Below, piece by piece: positions 1-13,209 of a stretch of DNA of 64,000 nucleotides. The DNA is taken from the NCBI GenBank assembly GCA_000934665.2, contig KZ538374.1, positions 1-64,000 on the forward strand. The letters run 5' to 3'. The DNA is from Catajapyx aquilonaris. Lineage: Eukaryota. Each line of letters starts with the position of its first letter. Within the stretch, counting starts at the first letter, position 1. Under the pieces are notes generated by a model. The model was not told the origin of the DNA. It saw only the letters and a program-made list of their open reading frames with translations, and did no database searches. A program made the position numbers and the translations under genes.

Positions 1-98
1 GACGCAGGTGAAAGGATAGTTCCCCAGGCGGGGATCGAACCTGGGGCCTTTCACACAGCAAGCCGTGACGTTACCATCACGGCCACCACACCTCCCCT
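1..98 (-). mobile_element. tRNA-derived SINE head, cut by the window edge, same family as 21672
   Basis: Reverse complement has A box (GGTGGCCGTGATGG) and B box (GGTTCGATCCC) and continues into cctgcgtc as at 21672. Confidence 0.8.
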
Positions 99-350
99 AA
101 AATCTCGTATTATAAATATGAACAATACATAATTAGATATTTTCTGTACTTAATTTCAGTTGATACAACAGGCCGTAAGTACACTAGTGTCCTTTCCAGT
201 AATATAATTTGAGTCACGGAAACCGAACAATATCGCGTACGAATGACGAGGTTTGTTTCCAATAAATATTACAAATGTTTTACAGGCCGCCTATTAAGAA
301 TGTATACTGAACAAGATTTATGAATCATTTGTGACATTATTACACACTAA

Positions 351-498
351 GGGCCAGTTGCACCGACCTCAGTATATCTTAGAACCTCGGGTATATCAAG
401 AATTGCCATAGCAATCATTGTTGGTCAACAACGATTGCTATGGCAATTCTTGATATACCCGAGGTTCTAAGATAGACTGAGGTCGGTGCAACTGGCCC
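351..498. mobile_element. Hairpin MITE, PIF/Harbinger-like
   Basis: Near-perfect ~150-bp palindrome, GGGCCAGTTGCACC termini, TAA and TTA flanks. Confidence 0.8.
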
Positions 499-2207
499 TT
501 AAACAATGTTACCATGGTACGTAGAGCTAATTAAAACAAAATGACCATCAGCTAATATAGCTGCATATAGCTGGAAAAATTACATCTAAAATAAACCGCT
601 TAAATATCTTCTGGGAGTTGTCTATAATATATGCATGGTTAGGCAATGTTATGGGGAACACCTAGAGGCAAACAGCATACAGTATCGTGTGGCAATACAT
701 TCCCGTGTACTTTTATCCATGGGACCGCCCCGCAAACATCTGGTGGGTCGGAAAGGAGCAGAGCTAATTTACTCAACAGGTGAAATTTGCAATGTATTCT
801 CGGAAAGCCTGGTAAACACTATTCACTTGCTGCATGCAGTGCAAGCTGCCACTTTATTCAGTCGCTCGAGATCATACAAAATGGCATGTAATTATGATGG
901 CAAAATTTGGCACTGCTAACCTCTAATGCTGTGAAACGCCAGATAATAAGGTTAGCCAACATCATAAAAACCGATCGCTGTCATACTCGGGAAAAGACTA
1001 CAGCAGTTTGTCATAGACCGCATATAAAACTTTGCCTTCAAAAGTTTGCCGCACATATAACTACCGTACTCACCTACCGAAGCCGCAAAAATTCGGACAC
1101 CAGTTCACAACCGCCTTTGGGACACTTGTTGGTCAAAAGGAGCGCAATCACCAGGTGTCTGTCATGACAGTCACATTGATCGCAATCTGTCCCCTCATTC
1201 CACTTGACCACAATACATGCCCCCCCACCCTCCCTAGCAGGTCGTGTTCACACAGGCATGGTATCCAGCGCAGAAGTGGTGTATGTGCTGCTTGCTTGCT
1301 TGCCTGCCTGCCAGTATTGGGTTGTTACCGGCCTCTCCACCGGCTGGCTGCCTGCTTGCGCCCCGGATAGGCTATCCACGCGTCGAACCAACGCATGCCC
1401 GTCCGTCCGTACCGCTGAAAAGCGCAGAAACACTCGCGCATATGTACTACGGTACGAACTTGCACATTATCCGGACCATGTCACTTTTATCCAAATATGA
1501 CCTCCTCGGGTTAGAGCCCTATTACCTATTATACGACGGAATATGACATTTCATATGAGGGTCGGTACACATTGCGTATAATTGCGGATGGGGTCAAATG
1601 GGGTCAAGTCAGTCTGCATACAAATTTCTGGTTCCAGTTGCGACAACTCGATTTCAAAAACCCGCGAAAACCTAAGACTTATGTTTGGCGAACTCCACCC
1701 GACTGCAACTCATATATAGGTTTCCCCGTCAGACCCCCGTGACATTAGATCGGCATATCAGTAGTTAGGTGGGGTTCCGCTTAGCTTAGTTTCGGCGCTT
1801 GTTCCGTTCCTTTAGTTATTTTAACCAACAGGAGACACACAGCGAATCTGGTGGCGGAACACGACAGACCAAGACTCCGAAACCGTTAATTCAAAATCTA
1901 GTAGGTATGGTCCGTTCATTCCTTTTCACTGGGGCTTGTTCGTATCTATGTTCTCATCGTCCATTCTGAATAATAGTAATAATTTTCGCAGCAGTGTAGG
2001 GGTGTCGCTCCATACACAAATGGATCAGCGAGCGGGTGGGACTCTTAAAGATCCACCCGATAAGAGGGGAAGTTTCCAGACATGTATATGTACAGTATAC
2101 TGTATACACACACTCCTCGACCGTGGCGAACTCTAAGCCTCTTTCTAAATATCAGACATAACCTCACTAATTATGTGTTTTGTAAGTGGCAGGTAATGGG
2201 AAATGTG

Positions 2208-2407
2208 CCGTCAATTGGGGTGAGATTGTGCCAGAGCATTTTCTGGACAACAGTGCGCCCTACCGCAGGCTAATTTTACTCGTCATTGGACTCGTTGCCA
2301 TCCTTGACAATCTCTCAATGTAGTAAAACATTCCTAAATTATCTTGCTGCCAGTAGGGCGCACTGTTGTCCAAAAATGCTCTGGCACAATCTCACCCCAA
2401 TTGACGG
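2208..2407. mobile_element. Tc1/pogo-like MITE with ~55-bp TIRs
   Basis: CCGTCAATTGGGGTGAG... inverted at both ends, TA on the right flank. Confidence 0.8.
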
Positions 2408-2409
2408 TA

Positions 2410-2511
2410 TAAGAAAATCCACGCCAACTCTCCACCTGAATAAGTCAACGTGGGGATTAAACTCAGAGTTGCTACAGCTTGGCCTAAACCACTACACCAC
2501 CTTGCCGCCCC
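2410..2511 (-). mobile_element. Decayed tRNA-derived SINE head
   Basis: Reverse complement GGGGCGGCAAGGTGGTGTAGTGG...GAGTTTAATCCC (A and B boxes). Confidence 0.6.
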
Positions 2512-2695
2512 TTTGTAATGGCGAACTTTAATGCCTCTAACATCCTCCCTATGTTTTGTCAACTCTGCCAAACAGATATTAGGTTTACCGAGCTTTTCGA
2601 TTGTTTCTGAGCCAAGTGCTGTTATTTTCGCAATATTAACAGACTCTGTGTTTTATTAGGACGTATAGGCTTTAAAATGTCGTGATCGAGTAATA

Positions 2696-3395
2696 CAGGG
2701 TCATCGAAAAAGAATGTCCCAATTTTAAAACCCTATAACTCGAAAACTTGTAGACATATCTTAATGATTTAAATTTTTAAATGCTAAGAAAGGTTTAAAG
2801 TTTTTGTCTCACTTTAGTTTGTTTCGATATGAGCTTCATTTGTTGTTTAGAAAATAAAAAAGACGGTATTAGGTCTCGAGCCAAACCCGTTCAATGATTA
2901 TCTGGAGTTACCATTGCGATCCTATCCCGTAGGTGCTGGAGATGATGGGTCTTGACATATCACTTACATTGTTCTTGATGATGCAAATAAAAAGACGCCT
3001 CATCCATGAAACAAACCTACCACTCCCGTAGGAAAGTTTCATTTGTTCAGTCTCCCAATGTGGGAAATTTTGAATGAGAAGTTTCCCAATCAGAAGCCCA
3101 GATCTTACCCCAGTAGACATTTTTTTGTGGAGATAGGGCCTACATGTATGGTGAAAAGATCCGGAATCTCCAGCACCTACGGGATAGGATCACAATGGTG
3201 ACTTCAGACATGTCTGATCGGGTTAGGTTACCGATTACCGTATTTACATTTTTTCAGCTCATATCGAAGCAAACTTAGGTGAGACCAAAACTTTAGACAT
3301 TTCTTAGCATTTCAAAACTTAAATCATTTAGATATGTCTACAAGTTTTCGAGTTATAGGGTTTTTAATTTGGGACATTCTTTTTCGATGACCCTG
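2696..3395. mobile_element. Non-autonomous Tc1/mariner element with long TIRs
   Basis: TA-CAGGG...CCCTG-TA, arms over 200 bp, internal RSPDLTPVDIFLW transposase remnant at 3092-3130. Confidence 0.88.
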
Positions 3396-4993
3396 TACTG
3401 TACAGTACTTTGTGGTAGTAAGGGTTATGCAATAATTCTGAATTTTCCCTGCCTGCTCTCGGATGAAATAATATTATACCTTCCTTAATTATTATTGCTT
3501 CAGGCGTTTCCTTGGGCAAGTGGGGAAATTGGCAGCAATATATTCGAAACTGAACATTATATGATTTTTAAAGCAGAACTGTTCAGAATGGTCCGCTTTT
3601 GAACGGCTTGATTAGAGTTATTTCCGTGATTATAGGGAAGTATTCATCCTATAATGTAGAAGGCTGCATTATTCAGTTCCTTTCAGAATACTCTGCCTTT
3701 TACACTTTAATTACTGCTTTATGAGATTTGGCATATAATTGAGCAGCAATGAATTTCATACATCCATAGTGCCATTTTTTGGGGTTCAGCCTCTCTCAAT
3801 TATTTGGGCTACTTTGTAAAATATTATACTTTTCTGATACATTTGCCTAATGTTTCTTTCCTCCAGGGGGGTAACAACTAACAAGATTCTTGGGGGCCCA
3901 TGTGCAGAAAGGTACGCACTGGCCTCCTCCACTTCATCCTTCATCCTATACACATCTGAGCACAGTTGTATGATATACGTATATTTTCATCTTAGGATGC
4001 GATTGAGTGTAATACACTGGTTGCCACGAGAGCAAACTGCAGTTATAGATACGACATTTTTTTGACTCGAATTGTAATTCCAAGCGGAAACTCACTGTTT
4101 AATGATGTAATGCTGAACTTAGTTGTGAATTATGTTGTTTAAATTTTTCTTGGCACAATAAGCAAGTTGTCTCGATGGTCCGGCCATATACGAATACAAA
4201 ATCACTCTCCCACTCTGGTTGGAACTTTCTGATCTCTGCGTCCCCTTTTCTTCCATTCCTGCTAAGCATGGTCAAAATGGCAAATACCGGTCATTAATAA
4301 CCAGTTTGCATATTCTATGTACTAACTGTAAGGCACATACAGTGTGGGAGTAATGAGTGTGCGAAAATAAGGCCCGCGCATGCGATATAGAACTTCTGTT
4401 CTGGACCGAAGAAATTATTTCCATACTCTTCTACTGTAATTCCTAGTAAGGCCTTTCTTACATTGATGCAGGTTTTCCAGCAATTCTTTGAATACCCATC
4501 ATAATTTTGGAAAGCAAATCGAGTGACATGAGAATCACTAGAACCGTAAACACGAATGTTTTCTTTCTAATGTAAAGATGAAAGCGGTCCGGACAAAGGT
4601 CACCCCAATTGAGTATAGTCCTGCTAGAGAATAATTTCTTTATTTTCTCAACTATATTCACATTAGTAATATTGGAAGTGCGAGAAGAAATCCCACACGA
4701 ATGTGGAGAGAACCTCCAACTACTCCACCTAAACGAGAAGATGGTGCATGAGTATTGATTCATGTTCATTCTCGCTTCTATGTGGGTTTCATTACACTGC
4801 TTTAGAAAAATTACTTTCTGAAATGTACGAGTAAGTTACACATGGCCATTTTGGCGTCAATATAATTATGAGCAATGTTTTTATGCAATGGGACAGTGAT
4901 CTCGGACCTTTACATCCTTTGTATAGATGCCGTGGAATGGTGCTATAGACAAATAATTTTCATAATGCACCTAAAAAGTACCAGCATAACTAG

Positions 4994-5579
4994 ACTCATT
5001 CAAGGGAAGGTCACAGGGTGATAATGACGGATCTCGATGAAATTTAACATGCTAATACAGGACAATATATGATACCCAAAAATGAAATATTTCCTGCGGA
5101 GGCCCATATTTGCAAAAGTTATGACGTCTTAAATTTCCAAAAAAACCAGTTTCATTGAGTTCATAATGGGATTACATTAGCGACCACATATAAGACCACA
5201 TTGAAGTGTGTAATCAGTTTCTAAACTTTGTCTCATCGGAAAAAAGTCCTACATAACGGCTCTGTATCTCTTACGGTTTTAGGCTTTGATACCTGTCCAC
5301 AGACGGACAGACGGACAGAGCCGCTCTGTAGGACTTTTTTCCGATGAGAAAAAGTGTAGAAACTGATTACACACTTCAATGTCATTATATGTGGTCGCTA
5401 ATGTAATCCCATTATGAATGAAAATGTATCATTTTTGGAACTTTAAGACGTCATAACATTTGCAAATATGGGCCTCCGCACGAAATATTTCATTTTCCGG
5501 TATCATATATTGTCCTGTATTAGCATGTTAAATTTCATCAAGATCCGTCATTATCACCCCATGACCTTCCCTGGTGAGT
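4994..5579. mobile_element. ~585-bp foldback element
   Basis: Arms of ~270 bp are near-perfect inverted repeats around an (ACAGACGG)n core. Confidence 0.8.
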
Positions 5580-5811
5580 ATGGGATTGGTAAAGCATATG
5601 CTGCCTAAGATTCATTGCAATTATGTCGGAAAAAACGTGATGGATTACTCGTCGCTTCAGTCGCACATGCGCATCCCACTAATATTTAAAAGTTTACACT
5701 ATTGTGCACCAAGAGAACATTCGGAACCCCGGATTATTCATTGCCCAAGTGTACCAAACCAGTGTGTATCAGTAAACTACAAACTTGCCGAACTTTATCA
5801 CTGGTTTGAGT

Positions 5812-6054
5812 TCAACTAATGGGACGAATAATCCTAACGTGAAACGCGACTCCAAGCAGAATATTCGTCCTATCTATCAGACCTTCATCCAGAAAATTTC
5901 TTCTGAATCCCTCAGTCAAACCATTTACTTGGAGCAGAATTAATGGGCACTTACCATTAGCCTCTCCTCTAGACGACAGGCTTATGGAAATAAATCTCTC
6001 CCTAATTTTAAAACTTGGATGCAAACGCGAAGAACCTTTTCGTAACATGCACAT
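5812..6054 (-). pseudogene. Possible LINE endonuclease remnant
   Basis: ERFISISL...LILLQVNG...FLDE...ILLG resembles the APE-domain pattern, strongly degraded. Confidence 0.35.
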
Positions 6055-6196
6055 CTAACTTTCTACTGTAAAGATATTGAACATTGAAGTTTTCAATATG
6101 TTATAATGAGAACACTGCACGATCCAACTATCGTTTATCTCAGGCTGGGGGGGGGGGGGACAAAATAATGCAATAACTATCGAATACTTCCCGATT

Positions 6197-6376
6197 NNNN
6201 NNNNNNNNNNNNNNNNNNNNNNNNNNNNNNNNNNNNNNNNNNNNNNNNNNNNNNNNNNNNNNNNNNNNNNNNNNNNNNNNNNNNNNNNNNNNNNNNNNNN
6301 NNNNNNNNNNNNNNNNNNNNNNNNNNNNNNNNNNNNNNNNNNNNNNNNNNNNNNNNNNNNNNNNNNNNNNNNNNNN
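6197..6376. other. Assembly gap (180 N)
   Basis: N run. Confidence 1.
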
Positions 6377-6708
6377 GGGGGGGGGAGGACAAAGGTTTCT
6401 CCTTACTGGACCATATTCCTTCAGAGGTGGAAGTACCACTATACTGCCATCATCTGTGTGTATAGTCCCGAATAAAACTGAATGACTACCAAGGAAAGTA
6501 CTAAGTTTATCATTGTTACGTAAGTACTAGTAAATGTGGCAAGTTTGACTACTGTCCTCCCAGTATTTGTTAATGTAATAGGTCCTAACATAATAATAAA
6601 TGTTATGCTGCTTTTGTACACTGGCCAGGATATAATACAGTAATTATACATTGCAATTATCCCTGCCAGTTTAACTATTTATGCGCCTCTAAAATTAATT
6701 AAAAGTGC

Positions 6709-6997
6709 CATTTTAAAATTTTAAAACAAATTAAAAACAAAATTTTAAAACAAATTAAAAATGAAATTTTAAAACAAATTAAAAATGAAATTTTAAAACA
6801 AATTAAAAATGAAATTTTAAAATTTTAAAACAAATTAAAAACAAAATTTTAGAATTAAAAATTACATTTAAAACAAATTAAAAATTACATTGTAAAACAA
6901 ATTTAAAAATTACATTGTAAAACAAATTTAAAAATTACATTGTAAAACAAATTTAAAAATTACATTGTAAAACAAATTTAAAAATTACATTTTAAAA
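6709..6997 (+). repeat. AT-rich minisatellite, ~23-24-bp unit (AAAATTACATTGTAAAACAAATTT and variants)
   Basis: Tandem copies directly visible. Confidence 0.9.
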
Positions 6998-7727
6998 AAC
7001 CAATCGAAAATCATAGATAGTGCACCAAGACAACTTCAAGTTAAATCATCAAAGGCTTGTATTTTTTAAATATTATATCCACAAAAATTTATTGGTATTT
7101 ACCAAGTAGGTTGCACAAATTCGCCAGATCCATAGATTTTGCTCAAAGCTACAGCTGGCGCCGAATCTGTTGTAGTTTTTTAGTAACTGGGGAAGTAGAC
7201 TGCAGAACATTATTAAAAAGCTGCCTCCTGCTGTTTTACTTTAATTTCGATGCAATATGAATGAAAAATTTTCAAGATTCTGGACCAGTACCAAGCCCGC
7301 CAGAAACCCCAGGCGGAAGCTGCCGCGTTAAAAGGAAAAGTTGTCAAATATCCTGGCAAGAACTATTATTGAGGGTTCAGCGAACTTTCATTTTCAACCC
7401 TGAATTTCTGTGCAGGCAAATCCTTACAAATTGCTTCCTTCCTTTTGTTCAGGGTAAGTTTGACCCTGCACCATTCAGGCATTCTTTTTGTGATTGATGG
7501 AATATTTGTTCGAATAATGTAAACGTAATTTCAATGACGTATTAGGCATACATAATTATAGTGTTTGATGTTATATTATTAAAGTGAGGAAAATATATGT
7601 CCACAATGATCGACATTGTTAGGGACATTTCAATTTAAAAAACTGCGACTAATAATCAAAAATATACCCTATAGAGCTGGATGCAATGGGCTATGCCGTT
7701 ATGGTCAGGAAAAATCAGGAAACTATA

Positions 7728-8002
7728 CAGGGTGTTAATCCTAAGCGTGTTACCAGAAAAGGTGGTGGTAGAGGGCGCAGGTGTGAGCATTTTTGCATAA
7801 GGAACTAGGGGTCGGAAACGCACCCTCACCGAGTTACGCTCCTTTCGAGTTTGCGGCAGGCAGTGTGAAAGAGGCGTGCGGCACGCGGCGGAGTGACTCG
7901 GTGAGGGTGCGTTTCCGACCCCTAGTTCCTTATGCAAAAATGCTCACACCTACGCCCTCTACCACCACCTTTTCTGGTGACACGCTTAGGATGAACACCC
8001 TG
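7728..8002. mobile_element. Mariner-type hairpin MITE
   Basis: TA-CAGGGTG...CACCCTG-TA, ~105-bp arms. Confidence 0.9.
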
Positions 8003-10359
8003 TACATTTTTCTGGAACTTACTAACATAAGCCTCCTATACTTACACAATAGTTTACAAAATGCTTCAACGTACTGAATTACTTCTGTATAAAATACTGA
8101 TCAATAAATCCCCACTAATTGTCCTTCCCGCCCTCACTTCCCCAATCCTCTGCTTTATTCTTGGTATTTTTTGTCCAACTCTGGCAAAACGGCCCCATGA
8201 CTTTTTCCTCGCACCCGTCAGCTCTGCGTGGCTGCTTCAATCCGTCAATAGAACACTCTGTTCGCAATTGTTATTTCGGAACTATAGCGCTCCATGGTGG
8301 AGAAAACGCCCTTCGAAATACTCTGAGCGAGTCGAATGGTCTGTAAGTTGATTTAAACCTATAGTGTCCGGAAGAGAAAAACTCTACTGAAATGTTGGGA
8401 GACTTGCTTGAAGCTTTGTTCTTACTCTTCTCTGAAATGCACAGCTTACTATTCTCTACATACACAACGATAATAAAGAAGAAAAGGCACTTTATAATTT
8501 TTAAACTTATAACGTCCATAAGATACGATTTGTTTTTAATAGCAAACTTAGTACATAACTTAAACGCACTTTGAAACTCAATTTACGATGCATAATTATA
8601 TTCTACACGTCATACAGATAGACATAGGTATTCTACACAACACATAGACATGTTAAATGCGATTTTATCAGTACAAACGTTTAATAAAATTAACAACATA
8701 TTTTAATGCGCTAATTGTTTTAAAAGCAATTTTATGTGTAGTAGAGGCAGTTAGAGGTAGAAATAATTAATGAAGCGGCAGTCCATACCTAGGAGTTGAG
8801 TGCAGCAGTGATGGATCAGTGTCATGGATCATGACTGTGCGGCTAATAAAGGGTCATCTATAATAACTCTCTCATTTGCTTCAGGTAGAGCGATTATTTA
8901 GCATATTCTAAGACCAACGTACCATTTATGATTTTTGGCTATACACCACACGACACATAGGAGGGTGCATGAAAATAACATTTCAGAATTCTACGACCAT
9001 TGTAGGCCAAAGGATCCTCCAATACCAATACCCTTGAAGCAAATATTGGGAAATTACTCTCTCTCATAGTGACTGTATTTTTTCCAGCCACGTGAAAACC
9101 TATCTGTAAATACTAATATCCATGGTGGTCAATATGTCATACATAAAGGTGGGCAAAATGGGAGAAACACATAGCACCATCCGACTAGTTTTGCCTCGAT
9201 CAATGAGATTGTGCCAGGAGGGTTCTCTCTCTCTCTCCCTCTCTGCTTCTCCTTATTAGGCCTATATCCAAGGCGTTGTTGCGGGGGAAAAGGCAGCCAG
9301 AGATGTAATATCCGGTGGGAAAGGATGGGGCTCTCCTATTCCATGCTGGTGACAAGAGTGACTGGAGGCCATGACAGCTTGCTGATCGCAGAGAATGAGT
9401 CTGGATTGCTGAACGGAATGCTTGACGAGTGAGCCATCTTACACTACAGGCATATAGCAGACCAACACCTGTTGTTTAAAGTAGGAGGCAGCATAGTGCA
9501 TTATCCAGCCGACTCCTATTCCAGCAAAATATAGAGCAGATTAGATCTGGATAACCTGATAGTGTTTCAGTGTTCCTTGTTCGTATGGTAAATGTGAAGG
9601 AAACATTAGATTACTTTACTTCGGGTATTGTACCCACTAACCGAACCAAATTTTGCACTTAATTCAAAAATTAGTGATGTGAAAAAGGATTTTATAATTG
9701 ATGCAGAATTATCCTAACGATAGGAGCGCATAAGGAAAATGTGGGTCGTAACTCTCACTATTTTTTGCTAAATAACTACAACTACAACCTAGATTAGCCA
9801 AGGCGAGTAGCACATAGGTAATGAAGAACCGGATGAATTTGGCAATTTGGGACTCCAGTGTAAAATAACACTCCATATTCACTAGGCAGATCCGATGCGA
9901 AGTCTTACCTACAGCACTCCCATAATTGCTCATTCCCCTAGCCCTTTTCCCGAAAAATATTATTTTAACTGCACGCATTTACAGCCCTGTGGGTAACCTA
10001 CGCAATGTAGAATAGCAGAAAATGAGACAAGACAGATTTGCCTAGTTTGCAGATTTGAGTTGACGGTCCGCCATAAACAGGACGCAAATATTTGGCACAC
10101 ATTTGTGCTGATGATTCACGCCAGCAAACCACATTCCGCAACTTCAAAACGCGTCGCCAACCGCATAACCTCCCATGAAACTAGTTCCAGCTGCCCTGCA
10201 AATATTGTGAACACTTTGCAGTACTTAGGGGAAAAAATTTACTTTGGAACTCAAGTATTATGGCAATTACATTATCAGGCTACGCTTTTGTAACTGGAGA
10301 CCCCGCACTTTTACCTACTTTCCTAGGCGTGTATCCGCTGAAGGACAGGTGTGTATCCG

Positions 10360-10620
10360 CCGGGAAGGAAAGTTAAGTAGCTCATGGGGTAAGTTCAGCG
10401 TGCCCCTACCCCTGTCACATTCGGTCTCCCCATTAGCCGTGAGAGTGCGCCTTCCTTCGGAGGGGAGGTAATGCCGTCGCGTCGGTCCCGTGTGCTTGTG
10501 ACATTGCGCGAGTGGACGTTAAAGATCCCCAGAGTGGCCAAATTTCCAGGATGAGGACCACCCCCTGGCGTCGGTGTTGAGCCTAGCGGCAGAAATAGGC
10601 CGACGTTAAGCCCCCACTAA
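10360..10620 (+). mobile_element. SINE fragment with Nin/Deu-like central domain
   Basis: CCTTCGGAGGGGAGGTAA...GTGGACGTTAAAGATCCC...GACGTTAAGCCCC, matched from memory. Confidence 0.5.
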
Positions 10621-12864
10621 AGTATGGTTCAGGTTAGGTTAGTTTGTAGTAACATCTTTACCTTTGCTAAAGTGCTGATTGCATAAGCCATAGAGCCAGG
10701 GTATGATTGTCCGAAACATTTCTTTTGACATTCAGCACTTCACTGACGAAGTTCTTCAGCTTTCATTATCTTCCGGTCACTTGGTCATGTCCGGCGGGTT
10801 ATGTAACCTACACCTGAAGCTGGTAGGACCATTCAGGACATTCAGGAGGTAGCCTGATATTTTCGAAGTTCTTTGGGTTGCCCAAAGTCCACTGAGATGT
10901 GCTGCAGGCTATCGCTGCTCTTCTACTGCTGGCTTATTAACAGAGGGCTGCTCTCTGAATCTTCATAGCATGATTGCGACCCTCGTTTGCACTCTCAGAC
11001 CGCACTTGATCTCATTGCAGAAGATGCAGTCTCATTGTGTTGCAAGGGTTCTGTCAATATGGCTGTCACTTACACTTCTGTTGAATTTTATACGGGGCTG
11101 CTACGTAATAACTGCTAAATAGCGTAGTACAATGGATGAAAAAGTGCGTCTTTGTGAAGGATTTGGAATTGCCTGTGTTGTAGCCTACTATACCTACATT
11201 AATAAACTTTTGCTTTCACAAAAGACGATTCAAAAGGAGAGTCTGTTTTGTGCCGTTTTCTGAGAAGGCACGACCCATTCGATGAAGCACAATATGGCAT
11301 TTAAATTGTAAGTTTAATAGATCCATTAAACCATTTTAAAGGAAGCTCCAATTAGACTTAATATTATTAGCTAATATTTGATATAAGTAGGCTACTAAAG
11401 TAAGCTAGCCAGACGTGATATTTCTGGAAAAAAATACTGCATACCTCAATTTAGATGGTACATGGATGAAAATGTAGAAACACTAACATAACCATTTTGC
11501 ATGGCCATTGGAGTAAGTACCAGGCTTAACAATACTTTTGCATCAAAGGCATTGTACACGTACTCGTATACACGCCTTACATAATTTTTCTATATCGGTC
11601 TAGTACAAAATTCAGAGAAATGTGTGCATCAAAAAACTTGGTTTCATGCTGTATTTCAGTGAATTTCTGTACGTATGGAATAACCTCATTGGTAATATCA
11701 AGTAACTGTTGGTAATAGTCGTCGCTTTCCGTTACTGAGGACAACTTGTTATGACAATGGCAGATACACATATTTTCTTCTTTTTTTACAGAAGTCTTCG
11801 GAGGAGTTGTTGGTGATGACCCAGTGATGACCTATTCATTCGATTCAGTTTCATCAATGATATTGAATAAATATATTACTCTACTTTTTATGCAGCGACT
11901 TATTCTTCGAGGCAATACGCATAGATATACTCATCGTTATCTCCAGTATTTTTGTACAAAATATTTGGTTTCTTTCACTTGCTTTGTTGGCATTTTCAGA
12001 AATGCAATATATAACCCGTTGTTTTAATTATTATTCTTTTGCACCTATGCAAGTGTGATTGTCGTAAACCATTTGATAATAAAAATATTTAATCCCTTAG
12101 TTTCAGCAAAAAATGAATTAAAAATTATTATTAAACTCGCAAAAATTGGCCGCTCCTGTAAGACTACAAATACACATGATTAGCCTGGGTTGAGTGATCG
12201 ATAGTAAATCCGTAGCAGGTAGTCTATCCTTTTTATTTATTGTTTCTAGACAGATAGCTCAAGTTGCTTGGCTTCTCTCCACTCACTCAATCAATCAATC
12301 AATCAACATTGATGACAAGCACATTGCAGCGGTGTAGTCAACACCACAGCTTACCATTTCTGAGGTTTTGGGCACAGACATTCGATCCTCTGGTCAGGGG
12401 ACTTTCACACGTAGAAAGTGTTTCAAGAAGTTGTATCGTTTTGTTCGCGTGGGTTTCTAGAACAAAATTTGTTAAATTCACATATTAACAATTTGTTCAT
12501 TTTCCGTTAATTATTGTAAAGACTTTGTCAGAATGGTTCGTACTTTCTCGGTGTATTCTTCAGAGAAGTCACAAATCAACTAATTTTCGTAGCCTTTTGA
12601 GGAGGTACGAGAGGTGAGGTGAAATGAACAGAGGAAGAAATATTATAAGTCACACTCAATATTCTTAATGTTCTCCTGATAACACTTACCCACACTCTGG
12701 TCAATAACACTTGTATAGGTCTACATAAAAATGTTGATAACCATTGATATATGAAATAACTTCTGGAACTTGGTAAGAGGACGGTCTCAATTATGGAGAA
12801 AAGTCAGGGTTGAACTTTTCCCTAAATAGTACGTCCTTTTTATAGTTAAAGTGCCAGAAAACAA

Positions 12865-13145
12865 CCGAAGCAGGTTGGTGTAGTGGATATGGAGTCCGCC
12901 TGCTAATCGGGAGGCCCTGGGTTCGAATCCCGGGGCCGGGGGCACTAACCGTGGTTTCCCACGGTCCCCCCAGGAAGATTCCGGGATCCAGGAAAATTTA
13001 TTTCGTTTCCGCAAAAATAGGTCACAGCCGCTTCCTTCCGTCCCTATCCATGGCCCCACCCAGGTGCGAAGTAAGAGGCAGAAAAATCGAAGAAAACTGA
13101 CGGTGGTATGCCACCCCCATAAAAGGGCTCCGCCCTATCACGGGG

Positions 13146-13206
<61 letters not shown>
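12865..13206 (+). mobile_element. Full-length tRNA-derived SINE with (ATA)n tail
   Basis: A box TGGTGTAGTGG, B box GGTTCGAATCC, 17-bp TSD AAAGTG(C/A)CAGAAAACAA. Confidence 0.9.

Positions 13207-13209
<3 letters not shown>

Noticed and set aside
1755..1910. Candidate promoter and first non-coding exon (TCAGT initiator-like, AG|GTATGG donor)
   Set aside because: Motifs are too short to support without transcript data.
6709..6997. CRISPR-like array
   Set aside because: Tandem units without unique spacers, in eukaryotic context.
7656..8077. Near-identical ORFs on both strands (MHKELGVGNAPSPS...)
   Set aside because: Produced by the palindromic MITE at 7728-8002, not a gene pair.
10705..10760. 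CGAAAC and CTGACGA hammerhead-like cores
   Set aside because: Stems I-III cannot be formed.
12865..12940. tRNA-like sequences here and at 21672, 54842 and 1-98
   Set aside because: No acceptor stem or terminator, and they continue into bodies with tails and TSDs, so they are SINE heads.
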